Positions 30,696-40,951 are shown, numbered from the stretch's first letter. The stretch is 64,000 nucleotides of DNA from an uncultured Chloroflexia bacterium (GCA_963724295.1 CAVRUC010000010.1:160001-224000); one strand, 5' to 3'. The notes: generated from the letters alone by a model not told the origin. Made by a program: numbers and translations.

Positions 30696-31955
30696 TTAGA
30701 CGGGCGCTTCCTCCCCGTCGGAGAGGCCGTTCCCGTTCGTGTCCCAGACGAGGGGATCGGTGCTGGTGGCGTAGAGCTCATCACCGTCTACGAGGCCATC
30801 GCCGTCAGAGTCCGGGGTGAACGGATCGGTGAAGGACATATTGACCTCATCGCCATCGGCGATTCCATCGCCATCGGTGTCCGCATTGTTGGGGTCGAGC
30901 CCGACTTGCAGCTCAGCCGCATCGTCATAGTTGTCGGCATCGACGTCGGTTTCACTCGCCACCGCCGTATCGGCGGCCGCGGTATCGGTAGCCACGGCTC
31001 GGCGCCACGGCTCGGCGGCCACCGGCTCGACGCCTGCCTCGGCGACGGGTGCACTCCCCGGCGCCGGCGCCGGTACGACCGACACACCAGTTGTCTCACC
31101 GGAGACGCTCACGACTGGGGGCGAGTTCTCGGTGACGCTGTACTTGCCGTCGGGCCCCAGGAGTGTGGTGCCGGAAACCGGGACCCCGTCGCGGGTCACA
31201 TTGCCCGGCGCTGCCGAGGCATCACCGGTCGGCCCCAGGGCCGCCGCATCACCGTTGGACGCGGTGAGATTTTCGGTCGTCTCCTGGCCCAGCGGCACAA
31301 CCTCGCTCTGCTGCTCGAGGGTCTGTGTCGGTGCGGAGGTCGCCTCCTGGGCCATGGATTGGGTACTCGCGTCGGTGCTGGGGTCATTCCAGACCAGGGG
31401 ATCGGTCAAGCTCCCGAAGAGCTCCTCGCCGTCGAGGACTCCATCGCCGTCCGTGTCGGCCACCGTCGCCTCGGTGCCGTAGATGGTGATCTCATCGCCG
31501 TCCGCCACCCCGTCGGCATCGGTGTCCGGATTGTTGGGGTCCAGCCCCAGATCCCACTCCAGGGCATCGGCGTAGTTGTCGGCGTCGAGGTCGCTCTCAG
31601 TCGGGACCGCGGTGTCGGTCGCTACGGGCTCCGTGGTCTCGGCTGCCACGGGCGGCGCCGGTTCGCTGACCGGCTCGACGACCGGCTCGGGCGCCACTAC
31701 CGGCGCCGGCTCCGATGCCACCGAGGGTGGCCCGATCACGGTCATCCCCGCTCCGGGTGAGATATCGCCGCAGGTGATCGTCCAATCGCCGGCGTTGGCG
31801 CCGGTGGTCGTAACGGACGGCGACGTGACGCAATTGCCGGCGACATTCCCGCTGACGGTCGGCGCGCCCGGCATCTGAGCCAGCGCTCCGCCATGCACCC
31901 CAGCCAGACCCATCCCCAGGCTGACGGCGGCAACGATGAGCCTCTTCAAGTTCAT
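30696..31955 (-). CDS. Secreted acidic protein with bacterial TSP3-like Ca-binding repeats
   Basis: Signal peptide MNLKRLIVAAVSLGMGLAGVHGGALA; two clusters of DP.N.DTD.DG..DG.E repeats. Confidence 0.75.
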   Translation of the reverse strand: MNLKRLIVAAVSLGMGLAGVHGGALAQMPGAPTVSGNVAGNCVTSPSVTTTGANAGDWTITCGDISPGAGMTVIGPPSVASEPAPVVAPEPVVEPVSEPAPPVAAETTEPVATDTAVPTESDLDADNYADALEWDLGLDPNNPDTDADGVADGDEITIYGTEATVADTDGDGVLDGEELFGSLTDPLVWNDPSTDASTQSMAQEATSAPTQTLEQQSEVVPLGQETTENLTASNGDAAALGPTGDASAAPGNVTRDGVPVSGTTLLGPDGKYSVTENSPPVVSVSGETTGVSVVPAPAPGSAPVAEAGVEPVAAEPWRRAVATDTAAADTAVASETDVDADNYDDAAELQVGLDPNNADTDGDGIADGDEVNMSFTDPFTPDSDGDGLVDGDELYATSTDPLVWDTNGNGLSDGEEAPV

Positions 31956-32203
31956 GCCAGATCCCCCCGCGCGGAGCATGCTCGTCGATCGTGATCTCGA
32001 TCGGAATCCGCCCAAGCAGCGGCGCTCGTCCCTCTCTATCCATTTCAACGTCTGGATGCCGGTTGAGGTTTCCTTTTTCGCGAAGCCCACGACTCCCCAA
32101 CCCACCCATGGCGACATGCGCAAAGCGTGCCAGAGGTGCGTCCAGACCGCACAGCCAAACGTACTCACTATGAAACAGATTTCACCGGTCGAGAAGTGGG
32201 GCA

Positions 32204-32796
32204 ATGACGGTAACAACACTCGACGAGACGCCCGCCGACCGCCGCGACGGTGTTTCATTCACGAGGTTGCTCTGGGTGGCGCCGCTGACCGTCGTCGTCG
32301 CCCTGCTCGTCAACCTGGTCATCAAGAGCCCTGGTCCAGGCGATCGATCCGTCTCTGGCGGAGATGGGGCAGCTGGGACGACCCCTGATCATCCTCACGG
32401 TGGAAGGGGCGATCCTGGCCGTGCTGGTCTTCGCCCTGATGGTCTGGCTGGTGCCCCACCCGATCCGCTGGTTTCGCCTCGTGGCGGTCATCGCGCTGCT
32501 GCTCAGCCTCATCCCCGATCTGCTGCTCGGTCTTGGGGGTGATCTGCGGCGGATGGGCTCAGCGATGGTTGCCCCGTTCTCCCGCTTTGGCAGCATGGTT
32601 CTTTCCCGCCGAGCAAGGGGGTGGGCGTCCCCCCGGCGGCCCGTCACCAGGGGACGTCCTCCCCGGGCTGCCTTGGGAGCGGGTGCTGATCCTGATGCTG
32701 TTGCATGCGGCCACCGCCGTGGTCTGTATCGTGCTGCTGACGACGCTGACGCGCGACCCGGCGGTCACCGGGACGCCGGCAGCCGAACGAGGGTGA
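32204..32796 (+). CDS. Membrane protein (DUF6069-like), split by frameshifts
   Basis: Three consecutive hydrophobic ORF pieces join into a ~4-TM protein with P.RWF..VAVIALLLSLIPD and LMLLH motifs. Confidence 0.6.
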
Positions 32797-32811
32797 CAGG
32801 GTAAGGCGGTC

Positions 32812-33783
32812 TCAGGGCGCTGGCGTCGCTCCAGTTGCGCCGGTCTCCGCCCAGATACGGAGAAGACCCTCGATATTGAGCGGGAGCCACTCGGCAAACA
32901 TGCCCCAGGATCCGTAGGCCGGCTCCAGCTCCGTCCGCACCGCCTCGACCATCTCCGGGGAGTTGTCCGCCAGTCCTTGATCCTGGGCCGCTCGCACCGC
33001 GGCCATCAGGTCCTCGAGATACTCGCGTACCTCGGTCACGTTCGCCTTCGTTCCCGGCAGCGGCGGATGTCCGGGTACCAGGACATCGAAGTCGAGGTTT
33101 GCTTCGATCCAGCGCAACGACTCGACCCACTCCTCCGGGTACGCGTCCGGCAGATTCTGGAACAGCAGGGTGTTGACCGGGATGAAGTCGACGGCGAACA
33201 GGAGCCGGCGCTCGGGATAGAGCAACACGATGCTGTTGTCGGAGTGGTTCCGCCCCGTGTAGTAGAGCTCGATCGTCTTGCCGCCCAACTCGAGCGTCAG
33301 CTGGTCCGTGAAGGCGATCTCCGGCACCGGAATGCGAGGATCGGCGAGGGCCGCCAGCTTCTCGACCGCATTGCGATGCGAGATGAAGGTGGCTGTCTCG
33401 GCGAAGATCTCTCCACCGGTGGCGTGGTCCGGGTGGTGATGGCTGTAAATGAGGTAGCGCACCGGCTGATCGGTCACCGAGGTGATCGCCGTCCGGTAGG
33501 CCTCCGCTCGCTCCGGTCCGCCCTGGCTCCCCGGATCGGTGGCGATGACTCCCTCGTCGGTGACGATGAAGAGCGAGATGTAGCCGCTGTTGACGAAGGC
33601 ATACGTATCGTCGCCGAACTGCTGCAGATCGGCGGAGAGCGCGCCGGGGGTGGCCTCCTGCGCGAGCGTGCGCCCGTGCCTCGCGAGCAGCATCGAGGGT
33701 GGTAGGGCGAGCGCCAGCTTCTGCACGGTGCGGCGGCTGAGACGCGTCTGCAAGTGCAAGGGCAAGTGCCTGGACCTGTTCAT
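32812..33783 (-). CDS. Tat-exported MBL-fold metallo-hydrolase
   Basis: LSRRTV twin-arginine, AQEATP, YSHHHPDHA.G, NHSD, FAVD, VPGH; RBS AAGGAGG. Confidence 0.9.
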   Translation of the reverse strand: MNRSRHLPLHLQTRLSRRTVQKLALALPPSMLLARHGRTLAQEATPGALSADLQQFGDDTYAFVNSGYISLFIVTDEGVIATDPGSQGGPERAEAYRTAITSVTDQPVRYLIYSHHHPDHATGGEIFAETATFISHRNAVEKLAALADPRIPVPEIAFTDQLTLELGGKTIELYYTGRNHSDNSIVLLYPERRLLFAVDFIPVNTLLFQNLPDAYPEEWVESLRWIEANLDFDVLVPGHPPLPGTKANVTEVREYLEDLMAAVRAAQDQGLADNSPEMVEAVRTELEPAYGSWGMFAEWLPLNIEGLLRIWAETGATGATPAP

Positions 33784-33985
33784 TGAAACCTCCTTATCGA
33801 GATGCTTTCTACAAGACTACGAAACCTGGAGGGAATCGGGTCTAAGTTTGACAGCGACGGGCGTCATGCTCCAGCGCCCCTCTTCCGCACGATGATGGCG
33901 CCGTGTCCCAGCCATGGACTCGGGTGCTATCTCAGATACTGCCGCGCCTTTTCTTCGAACCAGTGTTCCATCGGAAGGGGCGGGC

Positions 33986-34795
33986 TCAGGCCGGTGGATA
34001 GAGGGCTGGGTTGAAGCGCCGGGCGCACAGCCCCGTCGCCCGCGCCAGGTCGATGTCGTGTACCAGGAGCTGCTCCTGGCCGTAGGGAACAGAGGCGAGG
34101 CACTCCCCCTCGGGGCCGAGGAGGCTGGTGGCCGAGTCCTGGTACCGCATCGCGTAATTGACGCTGGCGAAATAGATCGTGTTCTCGACGCTGCGCGCCA
34201 CCATCGCCTTCTCGTAGTAGGGCGAATCGGGATCCCCCCAGCGATCGATGGTCATGCCGCTGTGGTCGCTGCCCGTGAGCTGCGGGTGGAAGACGAGACG
34301 GGCGCCGCGGGTCGCCGCCCAGCGCACGCTTTCCGGGTAGCGCCACCCCTCGTGGCAGATGGCGATTCCGAACGGGACGCCATCGACCTCGAAGAGCCGG
34401 CGGCGGCCGTCGGGGACGTAGAACGGTTCTTCTTCGAGGGGGATCTGATTTTTCGCCTGGTAGCCGACGACCTCGCCGTCACGCGAGACGACGAACGCCA
34501 CATTGTGCAGTCCGGCGGCGGATTCCCACTCCATGCCGATCACGGTCGCCACGCGGTGCGCCTCGGCCGCGGCGCGGACCTCCTCCAGCGCCTCCCGCTG
34601 CCGGCGTTGGTCATGGGCCGGGACGGGAAAGTCGCAGCCACGCAACCCGGGGATGTAGGTCTCCGGAAAGCAGACGATGGCCACGTCACGCGCTGCCGCC
34701 TCGGCCAGAAAGCGTTTGACCGTCTCGAGTCGCTCCGCGACGGACGGCACGTTCCGCACCGCGGCCAATCCGATGCGCAAGATCCCATCCGCCAT
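33986..34795 (-). CDS. Carbon-nitrogen hydrolase (nitrilase family)
   Basis: Catalytic triad context CFPE, YQAKNQI, ICHEGWRYPE. Confidence 0.9.
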   Translation of the reverse strand: MADGILRIGLAAVRNVPSVAERLETVKRFLAEAAARDVAIVCFPETYIPGLRGCDFPVPAHDQRRQREALEEVRAAAEAHRVATVIGMEWESAAGLHNVAFVVSRDGEVVGYQAKNQIPLEEEPFYVPDGRRRLFEVDGVPFGIAICHEGWRYPESVRWAATRGARLVFHPQLTGSDHSGMTIDRWGDPDSPYYEKAMVARSVENTIYFASVNYAMRYQDSATSLLGPEGECLASVPYGQEQLLVHDIDLARATGLCARRFNPALYPPA

Positions 34796-35055
34796 GATCA
34801 CTCCCTATTCCAGGTTCGGGCGCTCGCCTGACACGAAAGTTCTGGCTACGCATTCTCACATGAGCTCGGGATGCCACGAAGATTGACTCGCCGCGATTCC
34901 GACCGAGCTTCTCACCCTGGAACTCCAGGATTGTGCTGGCGCCGCACGTCAAATCCGGCAATAACCCGGACAGCCTGGTTCGTCGGTGAAAAGAAGGAAT
35001 CCGAGTCTTCTCGTTGGCTCCAGGGCCGCCCGCAACCTTGGGGCGAACAAAGACT

Positions 35056-35082
35056 GACACGGGGTCGCTTCGACCCCGTGTC
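35056..35082. other. Perfect 12-bp hairpin (terminator- or REP-like)
   Basis: GACACGGGGTCG-CTT-CGACCCCGTGTC. Confidence 0.55.
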
Positions 35083-35216
35083 CCAGATTTCTCCCGGCTA
35101 CTAACCCGGCCAGGAAGGTGCAGCGGGTACCGCACAATCGGCGCGTTCCATGTCGTGGCAAGACGTCAGCGACGCGACACCGGGCAAAGCTGCCGGTCTA
35201 CCGAGCGAGTCATCAA

Positions 35217-35262
35217 ACGCTCGAGAGGCGTCCAACACGCTCGAGAGGCGTCCAACACGCTC
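35217..35262 (+). repeat. 20-bp tandem duplication (2.3 copies)
   Basis: ACGCTCGAGAGGCGTCCAAC x2 followed by ACGCTC. Confidence 0.85.
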
Positions 35263-35721
35263 CTAGGACGGGCTCGTGCAGTTGATGAGCCACTGAACGC
35301 CAAACCGGTCGACCAGGGAGCCAAAGTAGTCTCCCCAGAACATCTGCTGCATCGGCTGTTCCACTTTGCCCCCAGCCGAGAGCGCGGCGAACAACGTGTC
35401 GGCCTCGGCCCGGGTGTCCGGATCCAGGGCGATGTAGACGTTGTTGCCCTGGTTGAGCTGAAACCCCATCGATTCTGGTGCATCGCTGCCCATCAGCAGG
35501 TGGCCGCCCAGGATCGGCAGCTGGACATTCATGACCAGCTGCTTGTCGTCGTCGCTCATCGCCGGCTGGCCTTCTTGCGCCGGAGCATCCCCCATGCGAG
35601 CGATTCCTCCGATGAACTCGGTGCCGAAGACCGACTTGTAGAAGTTGAACGCCTCCTCGGTGCTGCGCACGAAGTTGAGGTAGGTGCTGGTTCGGGCCAA
35701 GTGAGTCTCTTTCTCGCTCAA
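35263..35721 (-). CDS. VOC/PhnB family protein
   Basis: TYLNF..TEEAFNFYKSVFG, LMGSD, FWGDYFG...DRFGVQWLIN; start uncertain. Confidence 0.88.
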   Translation of the reverse strand: MSEKETHLARTSTYLNFVRSTEEAFNFYKSVFGTEFIGGIARMGDAPAQEGQPAMSDDDKQLVMNVQLPILGGHLLMGSDAPESMGFQLNQGNNVYIALDPDTRAEADTLFAALSAGGKVEQPMQQMFWGDYFGSLVDRFGVQWLINCTSPS

Positions 35722-35816
35722 TCGATTGTCGGTGTCACGTGCTTCCGTCTATCCCCGGTTGGCTGCAGTCACCTTTTCCCCTGGGAATCCCGAACGTTCT
35801 TCGTCTGTGATCTTTC

Positions 35817-36291
35817 CTACTGTGCGTAGGCGGCCTGGAGCTCGGCGACGTCGAGCTTGCCCATCTGCAGCATGCGCCGCATCACCTGACCGGCTCGCTC
35901 GCGGTCGTCGTCCCGCAACAGCTCCGTGAGCGCAGTCGGCACGACCTGCCACGACACGCCGTACTTGTCCTTGAGCCAGCCGCAGGGACCCGGTTCTCCC
36001 CCCTGGGTCAGCGTGTCCCAGTAGTAGTCGACCTCCTCCTGGTTGGCGCATGGGATCGAGAACGAGACCGCCTCAGTGAAGTGGAACTCCGGCCCGCCGT
36101 TGATGGCCTGGAAGGACTGCCCGTTGATCTGAAATTCGATGAACACCACCGGAGCATCGGGAGTCCGGACCGACGTCGTTGAACCGATCGACATGCAGGA
36201 CCTTCGCGTCCTTGAAGACGGACACGTAGTAATTGACGGCTTCTTCGGCGTTCCCGTCGAACCAGAGGCACGGGGCAATCGGCTGCGTCAT
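35817..36291 (-). CDS. VOC family protein (3-demethylubiquinone-9 3-methyltransferase-like), one frameshift near 36165
   Basis: MTQPIAPCLWFDGNAEEA joins F.INGQ.F.AINGGP.F.FTEAVSF..QEEVDYYW..CGWLKDKYGVSWQVVP. Confidence 0.85.
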
Positions 36292-36374
36292 GGTGGTCTC
36301 CTCACTGCTCACGCCGGGCACGCCGGCCACGCGGTGCGATCTGCCTCCGCTCTGCAGGTCGCTTCTACCATGTA

Positions 36375-36401
36375 GTCGAACGCGGCGGTCAGGAATCGAC
36401 A
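36375..36401 (-). promoter_or_regulatory. ECF sigma promoter TGTCGA-N17-CGAC (ECF42-like), copy 1
   Basis: Same motif and spacing upstream of both VOC paralogues. Confidence 0.6.
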
Positions 36402-36494
36402 CGCGATCTCACGACCGACGAGCATGCCGTCGCGGCCCAACGCCAACACCGCCTAGGAAGCTGGGGTGCCCGCAGGTCTCCCGCCACCGAGCGG

Positions 36495-37010
36495 CTACGT
36501 CGTCCGCCGATAGTGCGAGGTCATGAACTGCTGCCAGGTCCCATCGTCGCCCAGCACGTGCGCGGTCAGCACCCGGTGGTCGTCATCCGTGAGCTCAATC
36601 ACGTCCCGGTACGTCGCCATCGTCCCGTCACCCGCCATGCTGGGGCCCTCGGCCTCAAGCGTCAGCACCTGCCCCGCCGCATCCAGCGCTCCGTCGTAAA
36701 CCCAGAGGTGGGTCATCATCGACCCGATCCAGGTGCCGACGTACCGCCCCTTCTGCGCGTCGTAGCCAAGGGTCATCACCGATAGGTCGATGTCACCGTC
36801 GGGCGTTTCCCCCTCCCCCTCGGCCAGCACCCAGAGGTCCCCGAGCGAGCGCACGCGCTCCCTCCCCGTGAACGTCTCCACGGGCTGGTCTGGCCCCATC
36901 GTCGCCTCGCCGTCGAAGGTCCACGCGCCGATGAGCTTCTGCAGCCAGCGGTGTTCCTCCTGCGGGTTGGTCATCGTCACTGGTAATTGTGGTGCCTCAC
37001 TCGTCGTCAT
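36495..37010 (-). CDS. DUF1579 family protein
   Basis: PQEEHRWLQKLIG.W, G.E.VRSLG.LW, TLGYD..K.RYVGTWIGSM; RBS AAGGAG. Confidence 0.85.
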   Translation of the reverse strand: MTTSEAPQLPVTMTNPQEEHRWLQKLIGAWTFDGEATMGPDQPVETFTGRERVRSLGDLWVLAEGEGETPDGDIDLSVMTLGYDAQKGRYVGTWIGSMMTHLWVYDGALDAAGQVLTLEAEGPSMAGDGTMATYRDVIELTDDDHRVLTAHVLGDDGTWQQFMTSHYRRTT

Positions 37011-37199
37011 CGTTGCGTCTCCTTCTCGCGTGCGTGATGGCCGGCTGCGGTGCCGGGCGTCGCAGGTGGACAGAGCCCGCGCACATGTTCCTTGACCGGA
37101 CCCATCGTACCGCCGAATGGGGACAGGCCGCGCCCTGAAATGGGGTCTGGGAACCGGTTGCACACGACGCTGCTGACCTGCTCGGCGTGGCAACCGTCG

Positions 37200-37676
37200 C
37201 TACTTCTGGGCATAAGCCTCCTCGAGCTTGGCGATGTCGATCTTGCCCATTTGCAGCATCGCCTGCATGACCCGGTCTGCTCGCTCCCGGTCCTCGTCCT
37301 GCAACATCTCCGTCAGAACGGTTGGGTTGACCTGCCAGGAGACGCCGAACTTGTCCTTCAGCCACCCGCAGGGACCCGGCTCGCCGCCGTCGGTGAGCTT
37401 GTCCCAGTAGTAATCAACCTCGTCCTGGTTAGCGCATGCGATCGAGAACGAGACCGCCTCGTTGAACGTGAATTCCGGTCCGCCGTTGAGCGCCAGGAAC
37501 TCCTGCCCATCGAGCCGGAACGAGACAACCATGACCGAACCCGCGGCTCTGGGGCCCGCTTCGCCGTAGTAGCTGACATCCGTGATCTCGGAGTTGGGGA
37601 AGACCGAGACGTAGAAGTCGGCAGCCTCCTCGGCGTTCCCATCGAACCATAGGAACGGCGTGATCCTCTGGGGCAT
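37200..37676 (-). CDS. VOC family protein, paralogue of 35817-36291
   Basis: MPQRITPFLWFDGNAEEAA.FY.SVF, ALNGGPEF.FNEAVSF, CGWLKDKFGVSWQ, MLQMGKIDIA.L. Confidence 0.92.
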   Translation of the reverse strand: MPQRITPFLWFDGNAEEAADFYVSVFPNSEITDVSYYGEAGPRAAGSVMVVSFRLDGQEFLALNGGPEFTFNEAVSFSIACANQDEVDYYWDKLTDGGEPGPCGWLKDKFGVSWQVNPTVLTEMLQDEDRERADRVMQAMLQMGKIDIAKLEEAYAQK

Positions 37677-37758
37677 GGTGTTCTCCTCATTGCTCACGCC
37701 GGCATACCGGCGTCACGGCGCGATCTGCCTCCGACCTGCAGGTCGCTTCTATTGAGTA

Positions 37759-37785
37759 GTCGAACGCGGAGGTCTGGAATCGACA
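37759..37785 (-). promoter_or_regulatory. ECF sigma promoter TGTCGA-N17-CGAC (ECF42-like), copy 2
   Basis: TGTCGATTCCAGACCTCCGCGTTCGAC on the minus strand. Confidence 0.6.
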
Positions 37786-37857
37786 GTGGCTGGATGCCAC
37801 GGGGACTGCTGGCCGAGTTTCAGGTCTTAGCTGAATCAACGACGCACTTGTCGCGCC

Positions 37858-38538
37858 TCACACCGCGCCGCGCACCCCCACCTCATCGAGATGGAGCAGG
37901 AGATCGGCGGGGTCCTCGTAGACACTGTACGCCCCGGCCGTCTCCAGCTCGGCGCGGCCATAGCCGCCGGAGAGGAGTCCAACACCAAGTGCTCGCGCCC
38001 GGCGTGCCGCCAGCAGGTCCCAGATGCTGTCGCCGACGACGATTGCCGATTCGATTTCGACTCCAAGCCGCTCGGCAGCGGCCAGGAATAGATCCGGATC
38101 CGGTTTGGCATGACGCACCTGGTCGCGGGTGACGATTGGCACCCCCTCCGGCACGCCGAGCGTCTCCAGCACCGGTCCCGCGACATCCCAGCGGCCACTC
38201 GTGGCGATCGCCCAAGGCACACCACCGTTCGTCAACGTCGTTAACAGTTCCCGTGCGCCGGGTAGCGGCCGGACTTGTGGCGCAAGCTCCTGGTACGCCT
38301 GCGCGTGCAGCGCCTGCAGCTGAGCCACCTGCTCGGCAGTCACCCCCAACTCCGTCTCTCGCAGCAGCGCATTAATGAACAGCCCGCCGCTCATCCCGAT
38401 GCGTCGATGGATGCGCCAGACTGACAGGTCGATCCCGACCTGCTCGAGAGCCAGGCGCCAAGCCAACACATGCTGATAGACGCTGTCGACCAGCGTGCCA
38501 TCCAGGTCGAAGAGAAACGCGGTTCCGTTACTCACCAT
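37858..38538 (-). CDS. HAD family hydrolase
   Basis: FLFDLDGTLVDS, IATSG, AKPDPD, VVGDS.WD. Confidence 0.93.
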   Translation of the reverse strand: MVSNGTAFLFDLDGTLVDSVYQHVLAWRLALEQVGIDLSVWRIHRRIGMSGGLFINALLRETELGVTAEQVAQLQALHAQAYQELAPQVRPLPGARELLTTLTNGGVPWAIATSGRWDVAGPVLETLGVPEGVPIVTRDQVRHAKPDPDLFLAAAERLGVEIESAIVVGDSIWDLLAARRARALGVGLLSGGYGRAELETAGAYSVYEDPADLLLHLDEVGVRGAV

Positions 38539-38585
38539 GTCCCTCCACCTGATCCATGACGATCTCTTGACGGAGTAGCGGCGAC

Positions 38586-40031
38586 TTAGCCCAACCCACT
38601 GCCGTGGCACGTCGCGCAGCCAAGACCCCGGCATGATGGGCAGTCGGCCGAGAGCGCTTGCGTGAGCGCCAAGGACAGTCGAGTGCGAGCCCCATACGTG
38701 CGGCGTGCATCCCTGACCGGGTCGATGCCAGTGTGACGCAATCCCGCTCGGAACGCGCCCTCCTCAGCCTGCAAAGGTCCACCACGCTTGTAGACAAGAG
38801 GGTGGCGGAGGCGATGTATCCATAGCGGGATAGCGAACGTCCAACCCGAGAGGCGCACCACGCCGGTCATGATCACGGTCGATCCAAGACAGATCGCTCC
38901 AGAGGTCACCAGTATCGGGACCGCACCCACCATACCGACGATCCCGGCCGCGACGAATGGTCCCAGAGCCGCCGCCGTTCCTTGCGCCACCTGCGTCCGC
39001 GCGACCACGCTCGCCCGTTCCGCGTCGTCCTTTGCCAGCTCGACCCCATGGAGTGTCAGACCGAGCAGGTGGCCAAGCCAGCAGCCGGCGGCGAGCGCCT
39101 CGACCATGATGCCCAGCCGGTAGTCCGGGACGACCGCCCAGAGGAGTGGCGCCGCGCCCGCGCCCACCCCCGAGAGTCCAAGCAATGCCCGCGTCCCTCT
39201 CAGAGTCCCGTAGTCGCCCCACCACCGTTGCAATCCAACCCCGCCAACCGCAGCAACGACCGCGGCCGTCGCGAAGTAACCCGCCGGGGCGTGCAACTCG
39301 TGGACGACGTACGGCGGCAGCACCGGCCGGTTGAGGGCGGCGCCAAACCAGAAGCAGAAGACGCCGCCGAGGAACTGCCAACCCGGAGAACCAGAGATCC
39401 GCCACGCATGCCGCCGGGGCACTGTCGTGGCGGGTGCGAGGCGAAACAAGCGCCACACCTGCAGTGTGCTCACCAGCGCGGCGAGCGCGGCGATGAGGTA
39501 GGCCACCTGCAGCGCCCGCTCCGTCGTTGTCACCCGCACCAGTAGGAGCATCGGCAGTAGCGCCCCCGCGGCGCCGATCGCCGCCGCCGTCGCCCGGCCC
39601 GCAAACCACCGCCCGCGTTCTGACGGGTCGCTCAGACCGGCCAGGTAGGCGATCCAGAGCGGCATCGCCATGCCTTCGCCAACAGCCCAGATCAGCAAGA
39701 TGACGATCAGCACGGAGAGCGCTCCCTCGGTGGTCACGGTGAGGAGGAATGGCACCGTGACGAAGACGACTCTCGCCGCGATCAGTGCAGCGAGCGTCAC
39801 TCGTGAAGCATCTTTGGTCCGTGTCGATAGGATGAAGCCCAAGAAGCCCATGCCGAGGCCAAACAGACTCGCGCCACTGGCGTAGATGGCCAGCGCCAGT
39901 GCCTCTCCCCCGCGCGTGATCAGCAGCAGGCTGACGAAGGCGGCGTTGAGGGCCACGAGCGCACCCCATGCGCCGGCCTCGATCTGCATGCGCCGGCGAA
40001 TCGCCCGGAAATCCCGTTGCGCCTCGGGCAT
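38586..40031 (-). CDS. MFS-type transporter with C-terminal CxxCxGxGCxxCxGxG tail
   Basis: About 12 hydrophobic segments, ERGRWFAGR and WG.YG..RG.R loop motifs; ends DCPSCRGLGCATCHGSGLG; RBS GGAGG. Confidence 0.75.
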   Translation of the reverse strand: MPEAQRDFRAIRRRMQIEAGAWGALVALNAAFVSLLLITRGGEALALAIYASGASLFGLGMGFLGFILSTRTKDASRVTLAALIAARVVFVTVPFLLTVTTEGALSVLIVILLIWAVGEGMAMPLWIAYLAGLSDPSERGRWFAGRATAAAIGAAGALLPMLLLVRVTTTERALQVAYLIAALAALVSTLQVWRLFRLAPATTVPRRHAWRISGSPGWQFLGGVFCFWFGAALNRPVLPPYVVHELHAPAGYFATAAVVAAVGGVGLQRWWGDYGTLRGTRALLGLSGVGAGAAPLLWAVVPDYRLGIMVEALAAGCWLGHLLGLTLHGVELAKDDAERASVVARTQVAQGTAAALGPFVAAGIVGMVGAVPILVTSGAICLGSTVIMTGVVRLSGWTFAIPLWIHRLRHPLVYKRGGPLQAEEGAFRAGLRHTGIDPVRDARRTYGARTRLSLALTQALSADCPSCRGLGCATCHGSGLG

Positions 40032-40165
40032 GGTCTTCCTCCAGCCTGGATTCCGCGATGGCCGACAGACGACGACCAGGCAGCCCCACAACCACTCTGG
40101 AGAAAGTGAGCCCGCGTCGCAGCGACTTCTGGTGCTACGCGGAGTCCGATCGGGACGCTACGGTG

Positions 40166-40951
40166 TCACATCGGTGACAGATGCCGGGACCGGGTCTCGG
40201 CGTGCAACCCCTCCGGGTCGAGCACCTCGATGTCTCGAGTTGCGGTGACGATCAGCCCGGCTTGGCGCAGATCGCCGAGAACGCGACCAACAGCGGGGCG
40301 GGTTGATCCGACCGCTTCCGCAAGCTCCTGCTGGGTGACATCGGCAACCAGGCGTGCGTCTTCGCGCACGGCGGCGAGGTCGAGCAGGTGGCGGGCGACT
40401 CGTTCGCGCAGGGAGCCAAAGGCGTTGTCGGCCACGGCCTCATAGCTCTCGGTCAATCGCCGTGCTAGCTCCTGAGCCAGGAGCCAGCCCACGGCAGGAT
40501 CATTCCGCCCTAGCATCCGTAACGTCCGCGCGTTGAGCACGAGCAACTCGGCGTTCGTTACCATCTGAATGCTGGCCGGAATCGGTCCCCCGACGATGAT
40601 CGGGATGCCGAGCAGATCCCCGGAACGAACATAGCGAATGGTGACGGTGCGACCATCCGGGGCGGAAAGGAAGGCGCGCACTAAACCCGAGATGACCAGG
40701 GCGCAACGAGGCTCATCGGCATCCCGATAAAGCATGCTCCCGGCGGGAAATTCGACGGGCAGCGCGGCGGCCAGTAGCTCTGCCCGTGCCGGTTCGGGGA
40801 ACTCGGCAAGCAGGCTTTCCCGGATAGCTCGTTGCCGGCGCTCGGCTGTCGTGGCGGGGTTAGCACCACTCTCCGCGCCACTATCCTGACCATCATGATC
40901 GGCCGCATCGACCGGCATCCGCGGCGTCCGCACGAGTGTGATCGTGGTCAT
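40166..40951 (-). CDS. Crp/Fnr family transcriptional regulator
   Basis: cNMP-fold (LVISGLVR..DGR.VTI....GD..G) and HTH VTQQELAEAVGSTRPAVGRVL..L. Confidence 0.9.
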   Translation of the reverse strand: MTTITLVRTPRMPVDAADHDGQDSGAESGANPATTAERRQRAIRESLLAEFPEPARAELLAAALPVEFPAGSMLYRDADEPRCALVISGLVRAFLSAPDGRTVTIRYVRSGDLLGIPIIVGGPIPASIQMVTNAELLVLNARTLRMLGRNDPAVGWLLAQELARRLTESYEAVADNAFGSLRERVARHLLDLAAVREDARLVADVTQQELAEAVGSTRPAVGRVLGDLRQAGLIVTATRDIEVLDPEGLHAETRSRHLSPM

